Source of the DNA: a virus
Taxonomy: Duplodnaviria > Caudoviricetes
DNA: 38,727 bases
Virus record (IMG/VR): IMGVR_UViG_3300044505_000030
Span: 1-38,727 of that record
Strand: one strand, 5' to 3'
Shown: positions 27,570-36,521 of the stretch, piece by piece
Layout: every line of letters starts with the position of its first letter
Numbering within the stretch: position 1 is the stretch's first letter
The notes under the pieces: generated by a model
The model's input: the letters and a program-made list of their open reading frames with translations, nothing else
Told to the model about the DNA's origin: nothing
Database searches by the model: none
Program-made: the position numbers and the translations under genes

Positions 27570-28475
27570 ATGTCTGGCCTTTGCCCCCCGATCAAATTCG
27601 CGCTGCTCGATTCGAGCGGCAACCCCGCGGCGGGTTACCTAGTCTACACGTATGCTGCGGGGACGAGCACGCCTAAGGACAGCTACACCACGCAGGCCGC
27701 AAGCGTAGCGAACACAAACCCGGTTGTTCTCGACTCCCGCGGCGAGGCCACTATCTGGCTGAGCGGGGCTTACAAGATCGTGGTCAAGACCCCGGGCGGG
27801 TCTACGGTCTACGAAGACGACAACATTAGCGACGGGGCGCTAGGGGCCACGTTCACGAATACCACGCTAGCCGGCACGCTGACTGTCTCCGGCGCTTCGG
27901 TGACGTGGAGCGGGAACCCGACCCACTCCGGGAATCACACGTTCACCGGGAACGTGACGGTGAACGGGAACACGCAGCTAGGGAACGCGAGCGGCGATAC
28001 GCTGACGGTCTACCCCAATGCGGTGACGTGGCAGAACAACCCGACTCACAGCGGGAATCATGCGTTCAGCGGTGATGTGGCATTCAGCGGGAAAGTGGGG
28101 ACGGAAAGCACATTCACGCCCGCCGGTATTGCCGGGACGCCGACCTATACAACGCAAGTCGGGAAGTACACGAAGCAGGGCAACCTCGTGACGTTCGGCA
28201 TTAGCATGGCATGGACTGGAGGAACGAACGGGTCTTCTGTTTCAGTAACAGGCTTGCCGTTTACAGCATCCAGCGCGGCAAGTTGGCCTTGCACGGTCAT
28301 CGTGAACGACGTAAATAACTCGTTTACGTGGACCGGCACGGTGGTCGCTTACGTGCAGGGAGGTACAACGACCATTCTGGTGAACGCAATCGCTACGGGG
28401 GCGTCCGCTGCATCATTGCTTAACCCGAACGCCGGCACAAAGGACATGAAGCTATTCGGAACCTATTTCACCTAG
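27570..28475 (+). CDS. Short tail fibre / receptor-binding protein with head-binding N-domain
   Basis: VYTYAAGTSTPK...NPVVLDSRGEA; repeated VTWxxNPTHSGNH; GKYTKQGNLVT...VTGLPF. Confidence 0.8.
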   Translation: MSGLCPPIKFALLDSSGNPAAGYLVYTYAAGTSTPKDSYTTQAASVANTNPVVLDSRGEATIWLSGAYKIVVKTPGGSTVYEDDNISDGALGATFTNTTLAGTLTVSGASVTWSGNPTHSGNHTFTGNVTVNGNTQLGNASGDTLTVYPNAVTWQNNPTHSGNHAFSGDVAFSGKVGTESTFTPAGIAGTPTYTTQVGKYTKQGNLVTFGISMAWTGGTNGSSVSVTGLPFTASSAASWPCTVIVNDVNNSFTWTGTVVAYVQGGTTTILVNAIATGASAASLLNPNAGTKDMKLFGTYFT

Positions 28476-28849
28476 TACCTGAGCGACAGGCCCAAGTGAA
28501 AATTCTTCCCAACCGATGCAGCTTCAAGCGTGACGAGCCCGCGCAGGGCCCAGGTGCGCGCATCGGTGCCGAGGTAGTTAAGGGCCGCGTAAGTCACGAG
28601 CGGAGTAAGGACGAAGTAGGCGTTGACCTTGCCGCGATTCGGTTGTTTCCCGAGGATCGGGTTTTGCTCTTGATAGCACCCGACGCTGCAATCCCGATGC
28701 TGCTGGCGGTAGATCAAGTCGCGCGTCTGACCATAGTCAACGACGAGCAGGATAGCCGTAGCGGTGGCGAGCGTGCGCTGCTCTGGGGTCCATTGTGCGT
28801 TTGCCGCTAACGGCAACAACAAGCATAGCAATGCAATGATCTTCTTCAT
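28472..28849 (-). CDS. Inverted secreted/membrane protein (moron-like)
   Basis: Signal peptide MKKIIALLCLLLPLAANA; EQNPILG motif; GAGG RBS. Confidence 0.75.
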   Translation of the reverse strand: MKKIIALLCLLLPLAANAQWTPEQRTLATATAILLVVDYGQTRDLIYRQQHRDCSVGCYQEQNPILGKQPNRGKVNAYFVLTPLVTYAALNYLGTDARTWALRGLVTLEAASVGKNFHLGLSLRY

Positions 28850-28858
28850 GGTGTCCTC

Positions 28859-31042
28859 ATGGCTGGTCTAGTCCTACCGAACGGGCGGAACTACTTCGCG
28901 AACAGCGCGGGTGCGCCGCTCGCTGGTGGGAAACTGTACACGTACCAGCCCGGCACGAGTACCCCCAAAGATACGTATACGACGAGTGCCGCATCGGTAG
29001 CGAACGCTAACCCGGTGATCCTCGATAGCCGGGGCGAAGCGGCCATTTACTTCGTCGGAGACTATGACGTGGTGCTGAAAGACTCGGCCGGCTCCACGAT
29101 CTGGGGGCCGGAGCGGCTCTCGCAGCCGTGGGTCACTGCCGCCGATCTGATCGCCGCTGATGGGGATGAGCTGATCGGCTGGAGCGGCATCTACAGCATC
29201 TTCAATGGCACGCTGACCTCGCACGCATCGCTCGCGGCTGCGGTAACGGCTATCGGGAGCAACCGCTGCACGGTGGTGGTTCGCAAGGACACGACGATGG
29301 CGGCGAACGCCACGTTCCCGAGCACGGCCACGCTGCGGGTCGAGAACCGGGCACAGATCACAACCACGAGCTACACGCTCACCCTGGGCGCGAAGCCGCA
29401 ACTGCATGATGGGCAATGCTTCGCGGGGACCGGGACCGTGGCGTTCGCGAGCGCCGCCGCCGTACCTGACGAGGTAATGCCAGAGTGGTGGGGAGCCATT
29501 GCAGATGGCTCCACCGACAACGTGACCGCGATCAACGCATGCATTGCGGCAGTGAATGCCGCCGGTGGCGGCACTGTCCGGTTCGGACCTGGGGACTATC
29601 GGCATTCAACGCCTATCAAGACCTTTACCGACGTGCGCCTGCTTGGGTCTGGAGAGGGCGCCACGTTCCTCACAAAAACCGGCAACGGCACGTTGGCCCT
29701 GAGTGGGGCGGATGCGACGGCATCCAACGCAACGCTTGTGTGTCTCGGGCTTGCGAAGCTCAGCGACGGCTCCGGGAACGTCAATTGCTCCATCTGGGTT
29801 TCGGCGTCTGTGCGCGGCCTCAATGTCGAAATTGCGTACATGACAATCCAGAGCACCGGCACCTCAGCCACTGGGTCTCCCGTGCGCATCGGGCTTGCGG
29901 GCATCGGGCTGTCTGATTCGACGCTTCATGACCTGTGCTTCAATTACTACTCGATTGCCGCGATTGCGCTGCCGGTGATGTTCTTCGGGGAGGTTTACAA
30001 GACCAAGTATTACCGGTGCGTCCAAGGCTTGGCTATCGAGGCCGGGACGAGCCTGAGCGTGCGAGACAACTACGCAATCTATTGCCAGAAGTCGGGTTAT
30101 TACCTCCGGGACATGTCATACCTGACGATCACGAACAACGCCTGTGATGGGTTGAACAACGTCAGCAACGCATCGGATTACTCCGATCGTACGGTGGACT
30201 CCAAGTGCTATGTGCTGGACGCCTGCACCGGTGTGCAGATGACGGCCAACGGGGCGGAAAGCTGCTTCGGCTCGCACGTCTACATTGACTCGTGCGAATC
30301 CGCAGCGGTGACGCGGAACAACTTCCGCGGCCCGGCGTCGAGCTATACCGGCGCCAACCAGGTGGCGCTGTTCTATGTGGCGCAGCTTGCTCATGATGTG
30401 CACATCGAGGACAACATCATCCTTCGAGGCGGGGTTACTGCGGTTCAAGGTGCAGCCAACGCTGCGAATCATCATGATCTGTATGTGAGCGTTGCCTCGG
30501 AGAACCAGGGCTTCAGGTATCGCAACAACTGGACGGCCAACAACGAATTCGATGCGCCTAGCACCATCTTTGGCAACATGGTGCCGACGTACTTATCGAA
30601 CCTCAAGCAGGGAGCGTGCGCTCGCGGCGACTTCACTCCCGCAATGGCCCTGTCTGGCGCCACCGGGGTCAGCATCAGCTATGGCAGCAACAATAAGGGC
30701 CGATACGAGATCGTTGAGGGCTGGATGCATGTAGACATCGCGCTTGACGTGTCCTCGGTCAGCTATACGGGCACGAGCGATATCACAGTGTCTGGCCTCA
30801 TCATTGCCAACAAAGCGGCAAAGGATGCGCGGTTACTGGTTGACCAGAGCGCAAACGTCACATGGCCGTCGACAGAATCGTATTTCCTCACCATCGCCAC
30901 GACGGCGACATCCGGTACGATCAAGAATCGGACCGATGGAACAACGCTAGGCGTTGCGGGCGCGTTTGCGAGTGGCGCGACTAACGTTTACCTGCACATT
31001 TCCGGGCGGGTCTACGTTGGCGACCTTGTGAACATCGTTTGA
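28859..31042 (+). CDS. Tailspike with pectin-lyase-like beta-helix (putative depolymerase)
   Basis: Head-binding N-domain; PEWWGAIADGSTDNVTAINACI...GGTVRFGPGDY; Asn/Cys ladder pattern. Confidence 0.85.
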   Translation: MAGLVLPNGRNYFANSAGAPLAGGKLYTYQPGTSTPKDTYTTSAASVANANPVILDSRGEAAIYFVGDYDVVLKDSAGSTIWGPERLSQPWVTAADLIAADGDELIGWSGIYSIFNGTLTSHASLAAAVTAIGSNRCTVVVRKDTTMAANATFPSTATLRVENRAQITTTSYTLTLGAKPQLHDGQCFAGTGTVAFASAAAVPDEVMPEWWGAIADGSTDNVTAINACIAAVNAAGGGTVRFGPGDYRHSTPIKTFTDVRLLGSGEGATFLTKTGNGTLALSGADATASNATLVCLGLAKLSDGSGNVNCSIWVSASVRGLNVEIAYMTIQSTGTSATGSPVRIGLAGIGLSDSTLHDLCFNYYSIAAIALPVMFFGEVYKTKYYRCVQGLAIEAGTSLSVRDNYAIYCQKSGYYLRDMSYLTITNNACDGLNNVSNASDYSDRTVDSKCYVLDACTGVQMTANGAESCFGSHVYIDSCESAAVTRNNFRGPASSYTGANQVALFYVAQLAHDVHIEDNIILRGGVTAVQGAANAANHHDLYVSVASENQGFRYRNNWTANNEFDAPSTIFGNMVPTYLSNLKQGACARGDFTPAMALSGATGVSISYGSNNKGRYEIVEGWMHVDIALDVSSVSYTGTSDITVSGLIIANKAAKDARLLVDQSANVTWPSTESYFLTIATTATSGTIKNRTDGTTLGVAGAFASGATNVYLHISGRVYVGDLVNIV

Positions 31043-31175
31043 CTTGACCCACCCACCCCCGCCCCGTTGCAGGTTCGGATGCGGCGGCGGTGTGGTGGGT
31101 GTAGGCACGAACCCTGGCGGCCACTTGTGGCGCCGCATCAGCGCCGTGAAGTAGCCGGGCGGGTATTCGCGCGGC

Positions 31176-31520
31176 TTAGGTCGCATTGAAAACCCCCGCC
31201 GCCGCCGCGCCAGCCGGAGGAGGGTCGGCGGCGGTTGTCGGCGGCGGCACCGGATCGCTCCGGCCGGAGGGGGAAACCGGGAACGGCCAGATATGCTCTT
31301 GCACTTGCCGCACCGCCTCATCGGCGATTGCTTCTGCTGAGTCTGCGGGGGCGCCGTGCGCGATCGCTGCTGAGCGGATAGCCCGGTGCCATGCGAATGG
31401 ATGCACAGAGTGCCACCATGGCGGCGAAGGTTGAGGGCTTCGCGGGTCTATCCATTGCGTTTTCCACTCGCCGCCGCCGCGCTCATTGAATTGCAGCGAT
31501 TCAATGTCTGTAGTGCTCAT
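31176..31520 (-). CDS. Hypothetical protein
   Basis: Coupled ORF, GGAG RBS. Confidence 0.5.
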   Translation of the reverse strand: MSTTDIESLQFNERGGGEWKTQWIDPRSPQPSPPWWHSVHPFAWHRAIRSAAIAHGAPADSAEAIADEAVRQVQEHIWPFPVSPSGRSDPVPPPTTAADPPPAGAAAAGVFNAT

Positions 31521-31741
31521 GATCCAAACTCCTCCCAAAGCGCCGCCACCGTCTTAAGCCGCTCGGCCGCTGCGACGACGGCATCCGCGCCGGCCGAAAG
31601 CTCTTCGTAATCCATCGTCTGCAGGTGCGTGTAGGCATCGCGCAGGGCGATCATGCACTCCTCGCGCATGCTGCGGATGGCCGAGCGCCGGCCGCGCAGC
31701 AGCATCGCCGCTTCGTCGGTGAGGTCGGGGAGTTTCACCAC
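31517..31741 (-). CDS. Hypothetical protein
   Basis: Coupled ORF. Confidence 0.6.
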   Translation of the reverse strand: MVKLPDLTDEAAMLLRGRRSAIRSMREECMIALRDAYTHLQTMDYEELSAGADAVVAAAERLKTVAALWEEFGS

Positions 31742-32376
31742 GGGATATCCTCGTCATCCTCGGTTGCTGATGTCTTCGCGCTCGAAGCCGTGGCTGCCTT
31801 GCTGGCGCTGACCTTCTGCCACTCTTTGCACGCCTTGATGGTCTCTTGCATGCGTTCGCTGAGTGCCTCGAACACGGCCATGTCTGGATCGGTCACGTCG
31901 AAGAATTGGAGCGCGTTCTCGCCCTGCGGCAGGTTCGCACGCAGCGCCTTCGGCACCGGGGTCACGCTGCCGATGTTGGCGTAGGTCTTCCCGTCCTTGG
32001 TCGAGTGCGTGACGTTGACCATGCACCACTTGCCAAGGGTATCGGCAAGATCGAAGCCGGCTAACTCTTCGTCGCTGAACGCCTTGCCGCGCCAGCCCTC
32101 AAGCATCGCGCGCATCGCGGCGTTGTCTCCGAGGCTGAGTGTGTAGCGGCTCGAGATACTGAGAGCGCGGCCGTCATCGGTCACGAGCGGCGAGCCGTCT
32201 TCGTCTTCTCCGTGAAGCTCGAATGAGAACATCACTTTGCGTGACCACTTCTCTTTGCCCTGCCACTCGGTGCGCTGCGTCCCTAGGTCGATGACCCGGA
32301 AGCACCGGCCGAGGTGCACGCCTTGCGGGACTCGTTTGTATTCGGCGCCTGCGCCGCGGGTTGCGATCAATGCCAT
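31735..32376 (-). CDS. Putative ssDNA-binding / recombination protein
   Basis: GVHLGRCFRVIDLGTQ...LEGWRGKAF; acidic tail EDDEDIPW typical of SSBs. Confidence 0.7.
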   Translation of the reverse strand: MALIATRGAGAEYKRVPQGVHLGRCFRVIDLGTQRTEWQGKEKWSRKVMFSFELHGEDEDGSPLVTDDGRALSISSRYTLSLGDNAAMRAMLEGWRGKAFSDEELAGFDLADTLGKWCMVNVTHSTKDGKTYANIGSVTPVPKALRANLPQGENALQFFDVTDPDMAVFEALSERMQETIKACKEWQKVSASKAATASSAKTSATEDDEDIPW

Positions 32377-32397
32377 GCTTGCACTCCATGCACCAAG

Positions 32398-32586
32398 TCA
32401 AGGGCCGGTGCGCGCCACTGGGTCTAGTGTTTGTTCGAGAGCATACCGCTCCCCGATGCCCGCCGTGATCCGCGCCAACTGCAAGCGGCACACCCGCTGC
32501 GCCCGGCGGTAGCGGCCGGCTGGCGTGGCGTTGAGCCGGCGCATGCGCTCGCGGGTTTCCCAGCGGATGCGGTTGCGGTCTTTCAT
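32398..32586 (-). CDS. Basic hypothetical protein
   Basis: ORF in leftward operon. Confidence 0.45.
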   Translation of the reverse strand: MKDRNRIRWETRERMRRLNATPAGRYRRAQRVCRLQLARITAGIGERYALEQTLDPVARTGP

Positions 32587-32704
32587 GCCATCCCCCACAG
32601 CCACCCGATGAGCAGGCCCAGCCCCACGCCGGCCCCGATCAGTAGGGTGATGATGATCCACAGCAGCAGGCCGCCTATGGCCGACTGGTATTCGTCGCGC
32701 ACCT

Positions 32705-32989
32705 TCACTTGGGGTCACGCCACTCGGGCGCGAACCCGTCGAGGAAGCGCTCGATAGCTTCGAGCCGGCCCGTGATCGTGCCGCTCGGAGGCGTGAAGGT
32801 GCGGTTGGCCGGAATCTTCAGCGCCCGGCGCAGGGTGAACACGTTCGATGCCGTGATGTTGCTGCCCAGCTTTACCGATGCGAGCGCGGCAAAGGCTGCG
32901 TCTGACATCTTCGATGCCTGGTAGTCCTTTTCCAGCATCTTCCCAAGCTGCACGGTGGCAACCTGAGAGAGGTAGTTTTTGCCGTTCAC
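32705..32989 (-). CDS. Possible HTH protein, first gene of second leftward operon
   Basis: DAAFAALASVKLGSNITASNVFTLRRALKIP; GGAAGG RBS. Confidence 0.55.
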   Translation of the reverse strand: MNGKNYLSQVATVQLGKMLEKDYQASKMSDAAFAALASVKLGSNITASNVFTLRRALKIPANRTFTPPSGTITGRLEAIERFLDGFAPEWRDPK

Positions 32990-33031
32990 TGTCTGACCTT
33001 CCGTTGCGCCAACCGTGACGCATGGGAGGGC

Positions 33032-33109
33032 ATGTTAGACACCTGACGGCCACCCGTCAACCCCCGTACAAACCCGGAGTTGACGGTTAGGGAGGTGACG
33101 GGGCACAAT
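33032..33109. promoter_or_regulatory. Second divergent promoter pair: TTGACG-17-TAACAT (-) and TTGACG-18-CACAAT (+)
   Basis: Back-to-back -35 boxes at 33055-33060 and 33080-33085 at a strand switch. Confidence 0.65.
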
Positions 33110-33115
33110 CGGGGC

Positions 33116-33325
33116 ATGGAAATCTCTACCGAGCGATGGCACTACCTGCGGCGACAAGCCGAGATCACTGGGGCGCGCTTCTTGCGCTGTGGCGGGCGCG
33201 TCTACGAAGCGCGTAGGCTGCGCCAGCCGCATGGCGATCCCCTATGGCAAATCGAGGAGGTGGTACCAAGAGACATTCCGCCGTTCCAGCTCGTCGAATA
33301 CGGCCTGCCAATGGATCGCCCATGA
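33116..33325 (+). CDS. Hypothetical protein
   Basis: First ORF after rightward promoter. Confidence 0.5.
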   Translation: MEISTERWHYLRRQAEITGARFLRCGGRVYEARRLRQPHGDPLWQIEEVVPRDIPPFQLVEYGLPMDRP

Positions 33326-33531
33326 CCAAAGATTTCGCCCTGATGATGGCCGCCAAAGAGACGGGCGGCGCCCCGGTGGTGTCGCTTGCCGCGATCCTGG
33401 GCCGCACCCATAGCGCGGTGAGCCAGTGGGGTGACGGCATGCTGCCGGTCAGCGTGCTCTGGCGCATCCTGGAAGTGCGACCGAAGTGGTTCGCGGCCTA
33501 CAAGCGGTGGCAGAAGAGGGCGAAGGCGTGA
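33322..33531 (+). CDS. Cro-like HTH protein
   Basis: SLAAILGRTHSAVSQWGDGMLP. Confidence 0.7.
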   Translation: MTKDFALMMAAKETGGAPVVSLAAILGRTHSAVSQWGDGMLPVSVLWRILEVRPKWFAAYKRWQKRAKA

Positions 33532-33863
33532 GCGAAGCAGATTTCATCATCGGCAAGCCGCGCGTGTTCGCGATCGGCGACGCGCTGCCGGGCGAGCAGT
33601 GGGAGCCGAGCAACGGCACCGACGGCGGATGCTTCATCGACGAATGGTGCTCGCGCTGTTCGCGCGACAAGCCGATGAGCGAGGGCAAGGACTTCGACGA
33701 CTGCGGGCCCGAGGAGCTGTGCGAAGAGTTGGCCGCCTCGTTCCGCGGCGAGGCGAAGCACTGGCGCACGTTGCCAGATGGAGAGGCCGTGTGCCTACTC
33801 TTCCACCCCGTCGGGCAGCCGATCATCGAGCGTTGCCCGAATACCAAGGATATGTTCGAGTGA
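33528..33863 (+). CDS. Conserved Cys-containing phage protein
   Basis: PSNGTDG...WCSRC...RCPNTKDMF. Confidence 0.7.
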   Translation: MSEADFIIGKPRVFAIGDALPGEQWEPSNGTDGGCFIDEWCSRCSRDKPMSEGKDFDDCGPEELCEELAASFRGEAKHWRTLPDGEAVCLLFHPVGQPIIERCPNTKDMFE

Positions 33864-34147
33864 CCCGAGCCCGCACAGACGCGAATCACGCCGAGATCAT
33901 GCGCGCGCTGCGGCTCGTGGGCGTGAGCGTGGTGGACCTATCCGCGGTGGGCAAGGGCTGCCCTGACCTGCTCTGTGGACATAACCATTGCACGGTGCTG
34001 CTTGAGGTCAAGGACGGGTCCAAGCCGCCAAGCGCTCGCAAGCTGACGGGCGAGCAAGTGCGATGGCATGCAGAGTGGCATGGCGGCGAGCTCCACACGG
34101 TCACCAGCGTAACCGAGGCGCTGCGCGTGTTTGGGATCGTGCCGTGA
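33860..34147 (+). CDS. VRR-NUC / PD-(D/E)xK nuclease (resolvase-like)
   Basis: DANHAEI...GCPDLL...LLEVK. Confidence 0.85.
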   Translation: MTRARTDANHAEIMRALRLVGVSVVDLSAVGKGCPDLLCGHNHCTVLLEVKDGSKPPSARKLTGEQVRWHAEWHGGELHTVTSVTEALRVFGIVP

Positions 34148-34485
34148 CGGCATACCCCAAAACCAAGCCCTGGCGCTCCGAGCCCTATCGGCGGCTCGTG
34201 GCGGCGCTGCCGTGCGACCGGTGCGGCGTTGAGGGTTACACGCAATGCGCCCACGGCGACCAAGGCAAGGGCATGGGCATCAAGAGCGGCGACGAGACGT
34301 GTATTCCTCTTTGCGGGCCGCATCCGAGCGGGCGTGACATGTGGCGCGGCTGCCATGATTACGTTGGCCGAGGCGTATCGCGCATGGAGCGCCGCGAATA
34401 CGAGGCCGACGCTGCTATCCGCACCCGCGCCCGCCTGCGCCCGGAGTGCGAGCGGCTGGGGATTGATCTACCGGAGGAGCCGTGA
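34144..34485 (+). CDS. DUF968/Ref-like Zn-binding HNH-type protein
   Basis: WRSEPYRRLVAALPCDRCG...AH...GMGIK...PLC...CH. Confidence 0.75.
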   Translation: MTAYPKTKPWRSEPYRRLVAALPCDRCGVEGYTQCAHGDQGKGMGIKSGDETCIPLCGPHPSGRDMWRGCHDYVGRGVSRMERREYEADAAIRTRARLRPECERLGIDLPEEP

Positions 34486-34682
34486 TGGCGAAGATGTGCG
34501 AGCTGTGCAGGCTGCGGCCGGCTACGGTGCCAGACCGGAATCGCCCGGGCCGGCTGGTGAACCGCGTATGCACCCAGTGCCATGGCCGGCGTTTGGTCGG
34601 GGACCTGCGGCACATCATCGCGTTGGATGCAAATGGGCGCGCCAAGGGCGGGATTGATCTACCAAAGGAGCCTATCGAATGA
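34482..34682 (+). CDS. Small Zn-finger-like protein
   Basis: CELC...CTQC. Confidence 0.6.
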   Translation: MMAKMCELCRLRPATVPDRNRPGRLVNRVCTQCHGRRLVGDLRHIIALDANGRAKGGIDLPKEPIE

Positions 34683-34852
34683 AGGACTACAAAGCCGAAT
34701 GCGACAGGTTGCGCGGGGAGTTGAAGCAAGTGACCGACAGGCTGGCCCGCATTGAAGAATCGCAGCAAAGAGAAGAGGAGCGGGAATTTGAGCGGAAAGA
34801 AGAAGCGCGCAAGTTCTTCCGCGAGTTCTTGCTTGACGTGCTCGGGCGCTGA
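34679..34852 (+). CDS. 57-aa coiled-coil protein (absent from ORF track)
   Basis: MKDYKAECDRLRGELKQ...LLDVLGR; AGGAG RBS; ATGA overlap. Confidence 0.6.
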   Translation: MKDYKAECDRLRGELKQVTDRLARIEESQQREEEREFERKEEARKFFREFLLDVLGR

Positions 34853-34870
34853 TCTACCGCAGGAGCCGAC

Positions 34871-35368
34871 GTGACCGCAATCGAGGCCACGAGCTACACC
34901 ATGCGCACGCTGGTGGACGGCACGTTAGCCGTAACGCTGCACATCGAGCCGCGGTTTGCGCGCGAGGCGTTCGCGCTCTTTGGTGCGCCTGGGCAGCCGG
35001 TGGCTGTGGCGGCGCTGGTGCCCGAGCATGCGCGCGAGTCTGTATCGAGTTATAGCGGAAAACCGATAGAACCCGCTATAAAGGACACGGTAAAGGACAC
35101 TGAAAAGGACAAGCCCCGCGGCGGTCCTTTATCTCAGTGGGTGGCGATGCGCTGCGCGGAGCCGGAGTTTCAGGCGTGGCTGCAATCTGCCCACGGTATG
35201 CCCAGGAATCCGCCGATAGGGTTTAGTCATACCAGCGTTGCGGCCAATGTTGTGCGCCGCATCTGCGATGTTCAAAGCCGCGCCGAGATCGACACAGACC
35301 CCGAGGCCCGGGCGCGGTTTCACGAGCGGATCATGGGGCCATGGCAGCGGCACTGCGCATCTCGCTAA
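34871..35368 (+). CDS. Conserved phage hypothetical protein
   Basis: MRTLVDGTL...CAEPEFQAWL...CDVQSRAEID. Confidence 0.75.
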   Translation: MTAIEATSYTMRTLVDGTLAVTLHIEPRFAREAFALFGAPGQPVAVAALVPEHARESVSSYSGKPIEPAIKDTVKDTEKDKPRGGPLSQWVAMRCAEPEFQAWLQSAHGMPRNPPIGFSHTSVAANVVRRICDVQSRAEIDTDPEARARFHERIMGPWQRHCASR

Positions 35369-35384
35369 AATAGCGAAGCGCATC

Positions 35385-35876
35385 ATGGCTCGTGAAATTC
35401 TAACCGCGCAGTACTTGCGCGAGACGCTGTCTTACGATCAAGATAGCGGTATCTTCAGATGGCTAGAAGGCCGCGCTAGTAGCGCAGCGGGTTCCGTTGC
35501 TGGCGGGCTCACAAAAAACGGATACATGCGCATTGGTATCAATGGCCGCTGCTATTTGGCGCATCGACTTGCATGGTTCTATTGTCACGGCGTGTGGCCT
35601 AAAGAGCAGGTAGACCACCTTAACGGGAAAAGAACAGACAACCGCATAGAAAACCTGCGCGAGTCTTCGCAATCTGGAAACATGCAGAACAAGCGCCGCG
35701 CGCAGCGCAATAACGTTGCGGGCTTCCTTGGGGTTAGCAGAAACGGTAGCGGTTTTCAGGCCCGCATCGGTGCAGAGGGCGGCAAGAGGTGGTTGGGCAC
35801 GTTCAGAACGCCGGATGAGGCATATGCGGCATACGTCCAGGCGAAGCGCCGGTTACACCAAGCCGGTACGTTGTGA
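35385..35876 (+). CDS. HNH homing endonuclease with AP2-like domain
   Basis: AHRLAW...VDHLNGKRTDNRIENLR; WLGTFRTPDEAYAAY. Confidence 0.92.
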   Translation: MAREILTAQYLRETLSYDQDSGIFRWLEGRASSAAGSVAGGLTKNGYMRIGINGRCYLAHRLAWFYCHGVWPKEQVDHLNGKRTDNRIENLRESSQSGNMQNKRRAQRNNVAGFLGVSRNGSGFQARIGAEGGKRWLGTFRTPDEAYAAYVQAKRRLHQAGTL

Positions 35877-35887
35877 GGCACAATCCA

Positions 35888-35910
35888 GCCCCTAGGTACG
35901 ACCTAGGGGC
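35888..35910. other. Perfect 10-bp hairpin just upstream of the lysis-like genes
   Basis: GCCCCTAGGT-ACG-ACCTAGGGGC. Confidence 0.55.
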
Positions 35911-35915
35911 TTGAC

Positions 35916-36179
35916 ATGGTGGACGACAGCATTCCCGGGAAACTTGACGCCCTCGCCGGCCGGGTTGGCGCGGTAGAGGATAGCGTGATCTTGGTGAAGA
36001 AGTCCGTTTCCTCGATCGAGACTGCCGTTCAGGAAAACACCGAGCTAACCCGGGACATCAAGGACCTCCTCACCGCCGGCAAGGTCATGACAAAAGTGAT
36101 CAAGGGCGCCGGGGCTATCGCAGCCGCAGGGACGGCGATCTGGGCGGCGCTGCATCTTGGTAGCTCGGCGAAGGGGTGA
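35916..36179 (+). CDS. Coiled-coil plus C-terminal TM protein (holin/antiholin-like)
   Basis: Topology and position. Confidence 0.5.
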   Translation: MVDDSIPGKLDALAGRVGAVEDSVILVKKSVSSIETAVQENTELTRDIKDLLTAGKVMTKVIKGAGAIAAAGTAIWAALHLGSSAKG

Positions 36180-36226
36180 GCGGGGTATCATCCGCGCCAG
36201 CCGCCCGATGGCGGCAAGGAGTGAGC

Positions 36227-36442
36227 ATGCAACTGATCGACGAAGGCTTTAGCGGCTGGTACAAGAAATTTTCCGCCCTCGCCCTCACGGCCATCGGCGC
36301 CCTGCAAGCTGCATGGGGCGCCAGCACGGACCTGCAAGGCATCCTCAGCCCGAAGATGCTCGCGGCTGCTACGGGCGTGCTGGCGGTGCTGGGCTTCATC
36401 GGCCGGTTCATCAAGCAGTCGGCCCCGCCTGCGGAAGAATGA
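36227..36442 (+). CDS. Putative holin (2 TM)
   Basis: MQLID...WYKKFS...GFIGRFIKQ; AAGGAG RBS. Confidence 0.65.
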   Translation: MQLIDEGFSGWYKKFSALALTAIGALQAAWGASTDLQGILSPKMLAAATGVLAVLGFIGRFIKQSAPPAEE

Positions 36443-36521
36443 CCCGCATCGACTGGCAGGGCTGGGTGGGCGCCGCGGCGTTCGCGGCCCTGTTTTTCCT
36501 TCTTCTCGGAGTGACTGCCCC

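Larger units (their letters stand above)
34459..34867 (+). repeat. Three copies of TGATCTACCNNAGGAGCC at gene boundaries (34459-34481, 34650-34672, 34850-34867)
   Basis: Direct reading of sequence. Confidence 0.85.

Noticed and set aside
27570-31042. Diversity-generating retroelement or invertible tail-fibre system
   Set aside because: No reverse transcriptase or invertase ORF, and no TR/VR pair with adenine-specific mismatches was seen.
34459-34867. CRISPR mini-array
   Set aside because: Spacers are about 170 bp and protein-coding, repeats are short and degenerate, and no cas genes are present.
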